DNA of 64,000 nucleotides from Dehalococcoidia bacterium (GTDB lineage Bacteria; Chloroflexota; Dehalococcoidia; SHYD01): NCBI GenBank assembly GCA_009692945.1, contig SHYD01000002.1, positions 25,027 to 89,026 of the forward strand, read 5' to 3'. Shown piece by piece: positions 16,598 to 25,643 of this stretch (position 1 is its first letter; each line of letters starts with the position of its first letter). The notes under the pieces were generated by a model. It saw only the letters and a program-made list of their open reading frames with translations, ran no database searches and was not told where the DNA came from. The position numbers and the translations under genes were made by a program.

Positions 16598-18275
16598 TCA
16601 CGGAATGATCCCCTTGATCCGGTCGCGCCACTCCTTGTTGATGCCGAGGTATTGGTTGCCGTAGCTGACGCGCGGCTCGATCTGCGATCCCTCGATCCAC
16701 TCGTTGTAGCTGGTGAGGTTGACCCACTGCGCGCCCGCGTTGATAGCCGCCTGCCAGGTCTGGGCCAGGTAGCCGCCGTTCTCGCGGTCTCTAGCGAATC
16801 CCTCGGGGGCCGGGCGCACTTTGGTGTCGTCGTAGCCCGGCATCACGGTGCCGATGAAGATCTTCGGTTGTCCCAGCGCCGACTCTGCGGCCCGGACCCT
16901 GCGCTGCCAGCTATTCAGCGTGTTTGCCACGTTGGGCGACCAGGCGATACTGTAGACGAACTGTCCGTCGAACACCTGCAGGTAATCCCAGTCCAGCCTC
17001 TCCATGATCCAGAGTTGCTTGCGGTCCGGGTCCACCTGCTCCCGGATGCTGCGCCAGGCGTCCAGCGGTGTCTGGCCCGGCAGCACCGCCACCGCGCTGG
17101 GCCGCCAGAACATCAGCACCGGCCGGCCGTCGACCCGCAACCAGGGGTTGCGGGGAAACAGCTTGTCGCGTAGGTAGCTGAGGCCGGCAACGACCTTCCC
17201 CTGATCGGCGAACTCGGGCTTGTCGGTTTCGAAGGTGATGAGCGTGCGCATCCCGAGGGCGGCGCCTTGGGTGAGGACCTTGTCCAGGTTCTTGTCCGTG
17301 CGATCGCCGCGCCCGAGCCACGACATGGCGAAGGCGTCGATCCCGGCGGAACGGGCCTTCCTGATCTGCCGCTCGATGGTGGCCGGATCGTCGGAGTTGT
17401 AGGTCCGCACCGGCATGTCCGACGTCAGCGAGGGGCCGAACGAGTCGGTGTCGTACCAGGCGTAATACTGGGCGATGACGGGCGGGCCGGCGATGGGGTC
17501 GGGCCCGGCCACCGCGGTGGTGAAGCCGTAGGTGGCCGAATAACTCACCGGACGGCCGTCGCCCTGCACCCGGGGGCGCACCCGCCAGTAATACTTGGTG
17601 CGGTCCTCCAGCGGCGCGTTCGCCGGGATGGCGTAGCTATTCTTGGGATTGGTGGTGCCGCCGTGCAGCAGGCCGTGTAGACCGAGGCGGTGGCGGTGGC
17701 CGCATTGGTGTTGAACGTGGGGTCCTTACTGAGCTGCAACTCATAGTAGAAGACATCGGTCCGGGAATTGGCCCACTGCAACGTTGGCGTGAGGGTGGCA
17801 ACCGCCGCCCCATTGCCGGGTGCAACCGGGCTGATGGTGGCCGCTGCAACGATCGGAGTCCTGAACCTGCGCTGGGCAAAGCCGCTCCACGACGGGTCCG
17901 CCAACGTCACAAAAGTGGGAGCGTTGGAAACCCTGACCCGCCAGGTGTAGGTCATGTCGGGCAGCAGGCCGTACCAGTTGGGAGGCGCGGGCACCGTGAA
18001 TGACACGCCCGCCGATCCGACTTGGAGATCGACTCCCGGGCCGTCGTTATTGGCCGGGACGATCTGGAGGTGGTATTGGGTGACCCCGGCGGGGTTGGTC
18101 CAGGTCAACGTTGGGCCGAAGTTCGCCAGGGTGGCGTTGTCGCCGGGGCCGTTAAGGGTCGGAGCTGACGGGGCGGCTGCCACCCTGATGGAGGCTCCGC
18201 GGCCGCCAACCGGGCCGGCGCCTCGTGCAGCGAAACTGCCAGGCAGGCGATCAATGCCAGTGCGATGCGGATCAT
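16598..18275 (-). pseudogene. secreted GH99-like glycoside hydrolase with two N-terminal repeat domains, split over three frames
   Basis: Signal peptide 'MIRIALALIACLAVSL' (GAGGAGG RBS) lies in one frame. Repeats with 'TYTWRVRV' / 'KYYWRVRP' and the catalytic part ('YYAWYDTD...NEWIEGSQIEP') lie in two other frames. 1678 nt + 2 = 560 codons. Confidence 0.55.
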
Positions 18276-18293
18276 GCTGTCCTCCTCAAACGA

Positions 18294-18432
18294 GTAACTG
18301 CTGAGGGTGCGGGGATCGGACACGGGAGTGCAGGGGGCGAAGCCATCCTGCCGGGGGCCTGGGGGTGTTCCCCCAGGAACAAAATCTTCTCCTTTTTCTT
18401 GGGGGGTGGGGGCAACCGACGGGGACGCGCCC
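18294..18432 (-). repeat. MITE-like repeat, type 2
   Basis: GTAACTGCTGAGGGTGCGGGGATCGGACACGGGAGTGCAGGGGGCGAAGCCATCCTGCCGGGGGCCTGGGGGTGTTCCCCCAGG...GGGGGGTGGGGG. Confidence 0.8.
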
Positions 18433-18584
18433 TTCAGGCCCCGCGGCCCGAGCCCCGCTCCCCACCCGGGAACAAAGGGGAGAGAATTCTTCGTGTGGGG
18501 CACCCTCACGCCCCCGGCAGAGGGCTGCCGCCCTCGTGCACTCCCGCTCCCCAGCCCGACTGCTCCTCAACTGTGAACTCCTAC
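18433..18584 (+). repeat. MITE-like repeat, type 1
   Basis: ...GAGAGAATTCTTCGTGTGGGGCACCCTCACGCCCCCGGCAGAGGGCTGCCGCCCTCGTGCACTCCC...CTCAACTGTGAACTCCTAC. Confidence 0.8.
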
Positions 18585-18616
18585 GAGTACGACCTCGGTC
18601 CGGCCAACGAGCCGGG

Positions 18617-18907
18617 TCAGTACGCCACGACCTGGATGTCGACCTCGGTGAGTTCGGCGTCCAGCCGGGTCTCCTGGATGAACTCGACCACCTGGTTCAG
18701 CGCGGCTTCGGTGTGCTGCCGGTCGTTGCTGACGTTGGTAACCCCCAGCACCCCGATATCCCAGCGCTCCTGGGCGTCGACCTCGGCAATGGCGACATGG
18801 AACCGGTTGCGGACCCGCTCCATCAGCGACCGCATCACCTGCCGTTTGTCCTTCAACGACCCGTTCTCGGGCATCCGGAGCACCAAGCGGCACACGCCCA
18901 CGTGCAT
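18617..18907 (-). CDS. DUF503 (YlxP-like) protein
   Basis: 'MHVGVCRLVLRMPENGSLKDKRQVMRSLMERVRNRFHVAIAEVD'. The longer ORF start at 18955 would run through hairpin 18946..18973. Confidence 0.7.
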   Translation of the reverse strand: MHVGVCRLVLRMPENGSLKDKRQVMRSLMERVRNRFHVAIAEVDAQERWDIGVLGVTNVSNDRQHTEAALNQVVEFIQETRLDAELTEVDIQVVAY

Positions 18908-18945
18908 CGGGCCCGGCTGTGGTCCTGCCATGTTCAGGATGCAGA

Positions 18946-18973
18946 ACAGGGGCACGGCGAGCCGTGCCCCTGT
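18946..18973 (-). terminator. 12-bp hairpin after the sdh cluster
   Basis: ACAGGGGCACGG-CGAG-CCGTGCCCCTGT, 22 nt downstream of the CCG-subunit stop. Confidence 0.5.
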
Positions 18974-18995
18974 ATTATCGCGCTGCCGTCAGCCG

Positions 18996-19877
18996 TCACA
19001 ACTTAGCGAACTGTTCCACCAGCCGCCGGGTGTTGACCATGTTCTTGTGCAATCCCAACGCCTTGGGCTCGATGCCCAGCGCCACGCCCACTAGTTGAGG
19101 CAGGTGGAGCACCGGCATGTCCAGGTGCGCCTTCACCGCGTCCGAGGCTTCCACCTGGCTCCCGTCGAGGTTGAGGTGGCACAGGGGGCAGGGCGTGACC
19201 ATGAAGTCGGCGCCCTTGTCCTGCGCTTCCAACACGTGGGTCCCGGTCATCTTCAGCGAGTTGTCACGGTTCATGGTCAGGATGGGGAAGCCGCAGCACT
19301 TGTCCTTGCCGGTGTACTCCACCGATTCGGCGCCGAGCGCCTCAATCAGGTCTTCCAGATAGCGCTTGCGTTGGGGCATCTCGTCGTACCCCAGCACCCA
19401 AGACGGACGCACGATGTAGCAGCCGTAGAACGGGGCGGCTTTGAGGTCCCCCAGCGGCTTCGAAATCTTGGCCTTGATGGCATCGATGCCGACATCCTCC
19501 ATCAGCACCCACAGCAGGTGTTTTACGACCGTCTTGCCGCTGTAATGCAGCCCCTCGGGGGCCAGGTGGGTGTTGATGCGCTCCAGGTAGGCGGGGTCCT
19601 TCTGCATCCGGGCGTTCGCCTGGCACATCACACCGTGGCAGGTGGAGCAGATGTTCATCAGTGGGAGGCCGTGCCGCTCGGCCATCGCAAAGGTGCGCGC
19701 GTTGAGGGTGTCGGCCAGTTCCGGGTTGCGCTCGCTGAGAACTCCCGCGCCGGTGCACGCCGCCCCTTCCAGCTCGACGAGCTCAATGCCCAACGCCTTG
19801 GTGACGGCCAGCGTGGACTGGTACAACTCCGGCGCGCCGCCCTTGGCCACGCAGCCGGGGTAGAAGGCGTACTTCAC
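18996..19877 (-). CDS. succinate dehydrogenase/fumarate reductase HdrB-like subunit with two CCG domains
   Basis: 'MKYAFYPGCVAKGG', 'AACTGAG', 'KCCGFP', 'PCPLCH'. Overlaps the sdhB stop by 4 nt. Confidence 0.75.
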   Translation of the reverse strand: MKYAFYPGCVAKGGAPELYQSTLAVTKALGIELVELEGAACTGAGVLSERNPELADTLNARTFAMAERHGLPLMNICSTCHGVMCQANARMQKDPAYLERINTHLAPEGLHYSGKTVVKHLLWVLMEDVGIDAIKAKISKPLGDLKAAPFYGCYIVRPSWVLGYDEMPQRKRYLEDLIEALGAESVEYTGKDKCCGFPILTMNRDNSLKMTGTHVLEAQDKGADFMVTPCPLCHLNLDGSQVEASDAVKAHLDMPVLHLPQLVGVALGIEPKALGLHKNMVNTRRLVEQFAKL

Positions 19878-20827
19878 TCTTTGGCCTCCAGTTCCTCAAA
19901 GATGCGCTTGACATGGTCAGCGCCGGGACGTTTGTAGTGCAGCGGACCGGTGGGCGGCATCTTCCCATGGAGCAAGGACCGCAGACCCACCGGCACCAGC
20001 GACAGCTTCTCTTTCAGCGACCCCATCGATTCCATGGCCAGCTTTGCCTCATCCAGCCAGCCCGCCTCCTTGACCGACTCGGCGAACACCTTGCTGTGGC
20101 GAACACCGTTGTGATTGGTGTGGCCCGCCGCCTCGGCCTCGCGCCGCAGTTCGAGGATCCACTCCATTGGCGCCACGCCCTTGGGGCACACCTCGACACA
20201 GTAGTAGCAGTGGGTGCAGTCCCAGATCCCGCCATCTTTCACGTAGTCGGCCAACCGCTCTTCGCGGTGGGCGTCCCGGGGGTCGCCCACGAAGCGGTAG
20301 GCCTTTGCCAGCGCGGCCGGACCAAGGAAGTCGGGGTCGGCGGCCAGCACGGTGCAGTCGGACACGCACGCGCCGCACATGATGCAGCCGACGGTCCCGA
20401 TGAGATTGAGCATCTTTTCGTTGTCGACGATGTACTCGCGTTCCGGCACCGGTCCCTCGGTTTTGAGCCAGGGCCCGATGTCGTTGATCTTGTTCCAGAA
20501 AATCTCGAAGTCGACCACCAGGTCTTTGAGCACCGGCATGTTCCCCATCGGTTCCACGGTGACCGAGCCGTCCGGCTGCGCCACGCTCGACACTCTGGTC
20601 TTGCAGGCCAGCGTGGCCTGCCCGTTGATGCGCATCGCGCACGAGCCGCAGATCGAACTGCGGCAGGAGCAGCGCATGCCCAGCGTCTCGTCGACGTTCT
20701 CCCGCACCTCGATGAGGGCGTCCAGCACCGTGACGCCCTCCGGCTGCCCGGTGAGTAGGTACTCCTCGTAGTAGGGCTTGCGGTCGCCGGCGGGGTCGTA
20801 CCGCTGGACCCGAAGGTTTACATCCAT
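19874..20827 (-). CDS. sdhB: succinate dehydrogenase/fumarate reductase iron-sulfur subunit, C-terminally extended
   Basis: Cluster motifs 'CRSSICGSCAMRING', 'CIMCGACVSDC' and 'CTHCYYCVEVCPKG'. 317 aa. Confidence 0.9.
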   Translation of the reverse strand: MDVNLRVQRYDPAGDRKPYYEEYLLTGQPEGVTVLDALIEVRENVDETLGMRCSCRSSICGSCAMRINGQATLACKTRVSSVAQPDGSVTVEPMGNMPVLKDLVVDFEIFWNKINDIGPWLKTEGPVPEREYIVDNEKMLNLIGTVGCIMCGACVSDCTVLAADPDFLGPAALAKAYRFVGDPRDAHREERLADYVKDGGIWDCTHCYYCVEVCPKGVAPMEWILELRREAEAAGHTNHNGVRHSKVFAESVKEAGWLDEAKLAMESMGSLKEKLSLVPVGLRSLLHGKMPPTGPLHYKRPGADHVKRIFEELEAKE

Positions 20828-20894
20828 CCTGGCAACTCCTCAGGGGAATGGTGCAGCATGGCCGGGGACACGGCGCCCGGGTTCGCCGAGGGGG

Positions 20895-22571
20895 TCAATA
20901 GGTCCGCTTGACGGGTTCCCAGCGGGTGATTTTCACCGGGAGGGTATCCATCCGGACGCTGTCCCCGTCCTTGTAGGCCAGTGTGTGCTTGAGCCATTGC
21001 TCGTCGTTGCGATCGGGGAAATCGAGGCGGAACTGGGCGCCCCTGCTCTCCTCCCGCATGAGCGAGCCGCGGCAGATGGCTTCGGACACATCCAGCATGT
21101 TTCCCAGTTCCAGCGCGGCGGTGAGGTTGGTGTTGAACACCTGCCCCTTGTCCCCCACGCTGATGCGCCGGTAGCGCTCCTTGAGTTGGGCCACCAATCC
21201 GATGGCCTTGGTGAGGCCTTCTGCGGTCCGGTACACCCCTACGTTCTCATGCATGGTTCGGCCTAATTCCATTCGCAGCGGACCGGCGTGCTCGCCCTTA
21301 TCCTCTCGGCCCAGCAGTTCGCGGATGGTGTCGTCGTCCTGTTTGAGGCGCTTTTCGCCGGCGCCGCTGTGCTGCGACCGGGCGGCGTGTTCGGCGGCAG
21401 CAGCACCGGCCCGGCGCCCGAACACCACCAGTTCCAGCAGCGAGTTCGCTCCCAGACGGTTGCCGCCGTGGAGGCTTATACAGGCGGTCTCACCCGCGGC
21501 GAACAGTCCGGGCAGCATGGTGCGTCCGTTCACGTCGGTCTTGATGCCGCCCATGATGTAGTGCATGCCGGGCCGGATGGGCACTGGCTCCTTGACGAGG
21601 TCGATGCCGGAGAAGTCCTTGGCTAGGTCGTAGATCTGGCTCAGCTTGGTCCGAATGACCTGCTCGCCGAGGTGCCGGCAATCCAGCAGCACGCAGCCGT
21701 TGATGCCGCGGCCCTCGTTGATCTCGGTCTGTTCGGAGCGGGACACCACGTCGCGGCTGGCCAGCTCCAGCATGTTGGGAGCGTACTTCTGCATGAAGCG
21801 CTCGCCTAGCGAGTTGATGAGGTAGGCGCCCTCGCCCCGGGCCCCTTCGGTGAGGAGGGCTCCGTTGGAGGGGAGGGTGGTCGGGTGGTATTGCACCATC
21901 TCCATGTCCATCAGCGGGGCGCCCGCCTGGTAGGCCAGCGCCATGCCGTCGCCGGTGCAGATCAGGGCGTTGGTGCTGGGCTCGAAGGCCCGGCCCACGC
22001 CGCCGGTGCACATGATGACGGCCTTCGCCTTCACCATGTGCATCTCGCCGGTGCGCAGTTCAATGGCCAGGCATCCCTTGGCCTCGCCCCCCTCCAGGAT
22101 CAAGGAGGTGGCAAAGAACTCGTTGTAGCAGGGGATCTTGTACTTGAGGATCTGCTCGTACCCGACATGCAACATCGCCTGCCCGGTGATGTCGGCCACG
22201 AAATAGGTGCGGGCGTGGGTGGCCCCGCCGAAATTCCGCGAGCCGAGGCGGCCCTCCTCGTCCCGGTTGAAGATGACGCCCATGTGCTCCAGCTCGATGA
22301 TGTCGCTGGGCGCCTCCTGGGCCAGGATTTCGATGGCGTCCTGGTCCCCCAGAAAATCGCTGCCCTTGACGGTGTCGTAGGCGTGGGACTCCCAGGAGTC
22401 TCCCTCGCCCAGCGCGGCGTTGATGCCGCCCTGCGCAGCGTTGGTGTGGCTGCGGACGGGGTAGACCTTGGTGAGGATGGCAACGTCGGCGCCCGCCCGG
22501 TTGGCCTCGATCGCGGAACGCAGCCCCGCCATCCCGGCGCCGATCACCAGCACATCGTGCTCAAATATCAC
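20895..22571 (-). CDS. sdhA: succinate dehydrogenase/fumarate reductase flavoprotein subunit
   Basis: 'DVLVIGAGMAGL', 'RSHTNAAQGG' (FAD-linking His) and 'HYIMGGI'. GTG 22571 has an AGGAG RBS. The ORF maximum reaches 22613. Confidence 0.9.
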   Translation of the reverse strand: MIFEHDVLVIGAGMAGLRSAIEANRAGADVAILTKVYPVRSHTNAAQGGINAALGEGDSWESHAYDTVKGSDFLGDQDAIEILAQEAPSDIIELEHMGVIFNRDEEGRLGSRNFGGATHARTYFVADITGQAMLHVGYEQILKYKIPCYNEFFATSLILEGGEAKGCLAIELRTGEMHMVKAKAVIMCTGGVGRAFEPSTNALICTGDGMALAYQAGAPLMDMEMVQYHPTTLPSNGALLTEGARGEGAYLINSLGERFMQKYAPNMLELASRDVVSRSEQTEINEGRGINGCVLLDCRHLGEQVIRTKLSQIYDLAKDFSGIDLVKEPVPIRPGMHYIMGGIKTDVNGRTMLPGLFAAGETACISLHGGNRLGANSLLELVVFGRRAGAAAAEHAARSQHSGAGEKRLKQDDDTIRELLGREDKGEHAGPLRMELGRTMHENVGVYRTAEGLTKAIGLVAQLKERYRRISVGDKGQVFNTNLTAALELGNMLDVSEAICRGSLMREESRGAQFRLDFPDRNDEQWLKHTLAYKDGDSVRMDTLPVKITRWEPVKRTY

Positions 22572-22679
22572 AGTTCGCTCCTGGTACACGCACGTTCGGC
22601 ATGGCGATGCCACACCTGGCGCGAATCACAAGGTAGTTTAGCAAATCCCCGTTCGTGAAGGCAAGCACAATCGGACCTG

Positions 22680-22797
22680 GTACGAGTTCAGAGTCGGGGT
22701 TCGGACACGGGGGCGCAGGGGGCGAAGCGACCCTGCCGGGGGGCCTGGGGGTGTTCCCCCAGAAACACTACTTTTTCTTTTTCTCGGGGGGTGGGGC
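22680..22797 (-). repeat. MITE-like repeat, type 2
   Basis: GTACGAGTTCAGAGTCGGGGTTCGGACACGGGGGCGCAGGGGGCGAAGCGACCCTGCCGGGGGGCCTGGGGGTGTTCCCCCAG...GGGGGGTGGGG. Confidence 0.8.
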
Positions 22798-22896
22798 AAA
22801 TGATTGAGAAGCCGCCACTCAAGTCTGAACAGATACCGGACCTGCGGAGTGTTTTCCACAGATGGTCAGGATTTCCATAGATTAGGGAAGGTCATC

Positions 22897-22934
22897 CGCA
22901 GATGGCGCAGATGGCGCAGATTTACGCAGATTCG
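22897..22934. repeat. short tandem repeat, four units of CGCAGAT(GG/TTA/TCG)
   Basis: CGCAGATGG CGCAGATGG CGCAGATTTA CGCAGATTCG. Confidence 0.7.
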
Positions 22935-23171
22935 GATTGACGATGTAGGGGCGAAACATCAGTCGCCCGCGACGTACGCCGACCGGCGAACCATCGCAGC
23001 AACGGCCCGAGTGTGTGGCACCTGATCCCAATGCCGGATGTTTGTGTAGGAGCGGGTCCGCGGGAGACAGCACCTTACCCCTCCTCGGTGCCTTCGAGGG
23101 CCTCAGGCAACTCCAGTCAGCCTTGATATACAAAAACTTGGTACAACCGTCCGTACCGGTCGTTTGGGCTG

Positions 23172-24377
23172 ATGACCTATACTGGAAACAGAGACGGATC
23201 GTCCGCGCCGGATTTGACACCATATGGACTGAGCTTCATGCAACAATCCCACTCACCGCAGGAATCTGGAAAAGGGTCCGGCATCGGCAAGGCTGCGCTG
23301 GTGTGGATCCTTATGGCGGCCGTGCTGGCCGGCGCCGGCGGCGGAGCCGTCACCATGGCGTTGCTGTTCGGGCGGGGTGGCTCACCTGCGGTCACCGGAC
23401 TGGCCGGCAGCGCCGCCTCGGTCACCCTGTCGGAGGATTCCGCCATCGTGGACGTCGCCCGCCGGGTGGGTCCGACCGTGGTCACCATCGTGACCGAAAT
23501 CGACGGCCGCGGGCGCATCCGGGGCGCCACATCGCCCGAACTGGCGGCGGGGTCGGGGGTGGTGGTCGATTCCCGGGGCTACATTGTCACCAACGCCCAT
23601 GTGGTGGAGGGGGCACGCACCCTCACCGTGGTGTTCGCCGATGGGAGAAGGCAGGAGGCGCGGCTGGTGGGGGACGACCGTCCCTTCACCGACTTGGCTG
23701 TGATCCAGGTGAATGAGACAGTGACCGATCTCGCCCCGTTGGGCGATTCCGATGCGCTGATGGCCGGACAGCGTGTGGTGGCCATCGGGAGCGCCCTGGG
23801 CGATTTCCGGAACACCATCACCCAGGGGGTCATCAGCGGGCTGCGCCGGTCTTGGCCGGGCTCCAAACAGGTCATCGAAGACCTGATCCAGACCGATGCC
23901 GCCATCAACCATGGGAACAGCGGCGGTCCGCTGGTGAACCTGGGAGGCCAGGTCATCGGCATCAACACCTCGGTGATCCGTCAGACCCAGGCGGGCGAGA
24001 CCGTCGAAGGCATCGGGTTCGCGATCCCGAGCAACACCGTGAAGCTGGTGGCCCGCCAGCTGATCGAAAAGGGCCGCGTCGCCCGGCCCTATCTCGGTAT
24101 ATCGCACCAGAAGATCACCCCCGGCCTCGCGTCCTTCTACGGCATGGCGGTCAAAACCGGAGCCTTTGTCACCCAGGTGGCAGCCAACGGCCCAGCGGCG
24201 AAGGCCGGCATCAAGGAGGGCGACATCATCACCCGGTTGGGCGACGATGCGATAGACAACGATCATCCGCTGCTCAACGTCCTGATGAAATTTGAACCAA
24301 CGAGCCGGATCAAGGTAACGGTGAACCGGGATGGGCAGGGCCTCAACCTCGAAGTCGCCCTCACCGAGCGGCCCTGA
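23172..24377 (+). CDS. htrA: HtrA/DegP-family serine protease with PDZ domain
   Basis: 'GSGVVVDSRGYIVTNAHVV', 'TDLAVIQV', 'TDAAINHGNSGGPLVN' and a C-terminal PDZ ('GAFVTQVAANGPAAKAGIKEGDII'). ATG 23238 is an alternative start. Confidence 0.85.
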   Translation: MTYTGNRDGSSAPDLTPYGLSFMQQSHSPQESGKGSGIGKAALVWILMAAVLAGAGGGAVTMALLFGRGGSPAVTGLAGSAASVTLSEDSAIVDVARRVGPTVVTIVTEIDGRGRIRGATSPELAAGSGVVVDSRGYIVTNAHVVEGARTLTVVFADGRRQEARLVGDDRPFTDLAVIQVNETVTDLAPLGDSDALMAGQRVVAIGSALGDFRNTITQGVISGLRRSWPGSKQVIEDLIQTDAAINHGNSGGPLVNLGGQVIGINTSVIRQTQAGETVEGIGFAIPSNTVKLVARQLIEKGRVARPYLGISHQKITPGLASFYGMAVKTGAFVTQVAANGPAAKAGIKEGDIITRLGDDAIDNDHPLLNVLMKFEPTSRIKVTVNRDGQGLNLEVALTERP

Positions 24378-24383
24378 CGTCCG

Positions 24384-24513
24384 GTAACAGCCCAGCGTTG
24401 AGGCAGCGGCGACCTTCGAAGCGGGTGTGCAGAGGGCGTCAGCCCTTTGCCGGGGGGCCTTGGGGGTGCCCCCACGAACAACATCATCCTTCTCTTTTGT
24501 CTGGGAGTGGGGC
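24384..24513 (-). repeat. MITE-like repeat, type 1, left arm missing
   Basis: GTAACAGCCCAGCGTTGAGG...GTGCAGAGGGCGTCAGCCCTTTGCCGGGGGGCCTTGGGGGTGCCCCCAC...CTGGGAGTGGGG. Confidence 0.7.
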
Positions 24514-24548
24514 TTTTACCGTATGATTGCTCGTGGGTCGGAGGGACG

Positions 24549-25103
24549 GTGAGGGTCATCGCGGGGACCGCAAAGGGCCGGCCATTGAAGGCCCCGGGGA
24601 TCCCAGGAGTGCGGCCGACCTCCGACCTGGTTCGGGGCGCGATCTTCGACATGATCGGCCCCTTTTTTGGTCCCGAAACCCGCGCGTTGGATCTATTCGC
24701 GGGGTCGGGAGCCTTGGGTATCGAGGCGCTGAGCCGGGGGGCGGGCTGGGTGGATTTTGTGGAGCAGCAGGCAGCGTGCTGCCGGATGATAAGCGCCAAC
24801 CTGGCGGCGGCGGGCCTTTTGGATCGGGGGCGCGTCCATTGTTCGTCGGTCGCCCAGTCATGGCGGCGCCTGGCAGGGCGGTACGATGTCATCCTGCTGG
24901 ATCCACCGTATGCGGTTCCGGCCGAGGACACCTTGTTTGGGAACGTTGCAGAGATGTTGGGGCCGGACGGGGTGGTGGTGTACGAACATGCTCACCGGTC
25001 GCCCGCCGCGCCGCGATGCGCCGGGTTGGGCGTCACCAAGGAGCGGCGGCACGGCGATACCACGATTACGTTGTACCGGATGGAAGGAGCAGTGGTTGGT
25101 TAG
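24549..25103 (+). CDS. rsmD: 16S rRNA (guanine966-N2)-methyltransferase RsmD
   Basis: 'VRVIAGTAKGRPLKAP...RPTSDLVRGAIFDMI', 'LDLFAGSGALGIEALSRGA' and 'LLDPPY'. GTG start with GGAGGGA RBS. The upstream ORF part is repeat. Confidence 0.8.
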   Translation: MRVIAGTAKGRPLKAPGIPGVRPTSDLVRGAIFDMIGPFFGPETRALDLFAGSGALGIEALSRGAGWVDFVEQQAACCRMISANLAAAGLLDRGRVHCSSVAQSWRRLAGRYDVILLDPPYAVPAEDTLFGNVAEMLGPDGVVVYEHAHRSPAAPRCAGLGVTKERRHGDTTITLYRMEGAVVG

Positions 25104-25590
25104 AGCCATCTACCCCGGAAGCTTCGATCCCCTGACGCTCGGTCACCTGGATATCGCCGTGCGGGCCTCGAAACTCTTTGATGAGGTCATCGTTGCCGTA
25201 TATGATGCGCCGCCGAAACGGCTGCTGTTCGAGACGGAGGAACGCATGGCATTATGGAGGGAAGCGCTGCCTCCTGGCGTCACCAACGTCTCGGTAGTCC
25301 CCTATAAGGGCCTGACCGTTGACCTGGCTCACCAATTCGACGCTTCGGTGCTGGTCAGGGGGCTGCGTGCTCTCTCGGACTTTGAGTACGAGCTGGAGAT
25401 GAACCTGACCAACCGCCGGATGGCGCCGGACATCGAGTCTGTGTTTCTCATGAGCAGCCACGAATACCTTTACCTGAGCTCTACCCGGATTAAAGAGGTC
25501 TGGGGTTTGGGCCATAAACTGGCCGATATGGTGCCGGCGAACGTGAACCGCGCCCTCACCGAGCGGCTACAACAGACAGACCGCGGCTAG
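25096..25590 (+). CDS. coaD: phosphopantetheine adenylyltransferase
   Basis: 'AIYPGSFDPLTLGHLDIAVRA' and 'VRGLRALSDFEYE'. TTG start with GGAAGGAG RBS. Overlaps the rsmD stop. Confidence 0.9.
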   Translation: MVRAIYPGSFDPLTLGHLDIAVRASKLFDEVIVAVYDAPPKRLLFETEERMALWREALPPGVTNVSVVPYKGLTVDLAHQFDASVLVRGLRALSDFEYELEMNLTNRRMAPDIESVFLMSSHEYLYLSSTRIKEVWGLGHKLADMVPANVNRALTERLQQTDRG

Positions 25591-25643
25591 TACGCGAGGT
25601 CTGGGGAGGTGTTGCCATCGATATCCTGCACCTGATCGATCGT

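Noticed and set aside
22882-23223. 113-aa minus-strand ORF ending 'NLRKSAPSAPSADDLP'
   Set aside because: It is a translation of the CGCAGAT microsatellite and the AT-richer spacer. It has no start context and a junk-like composition.
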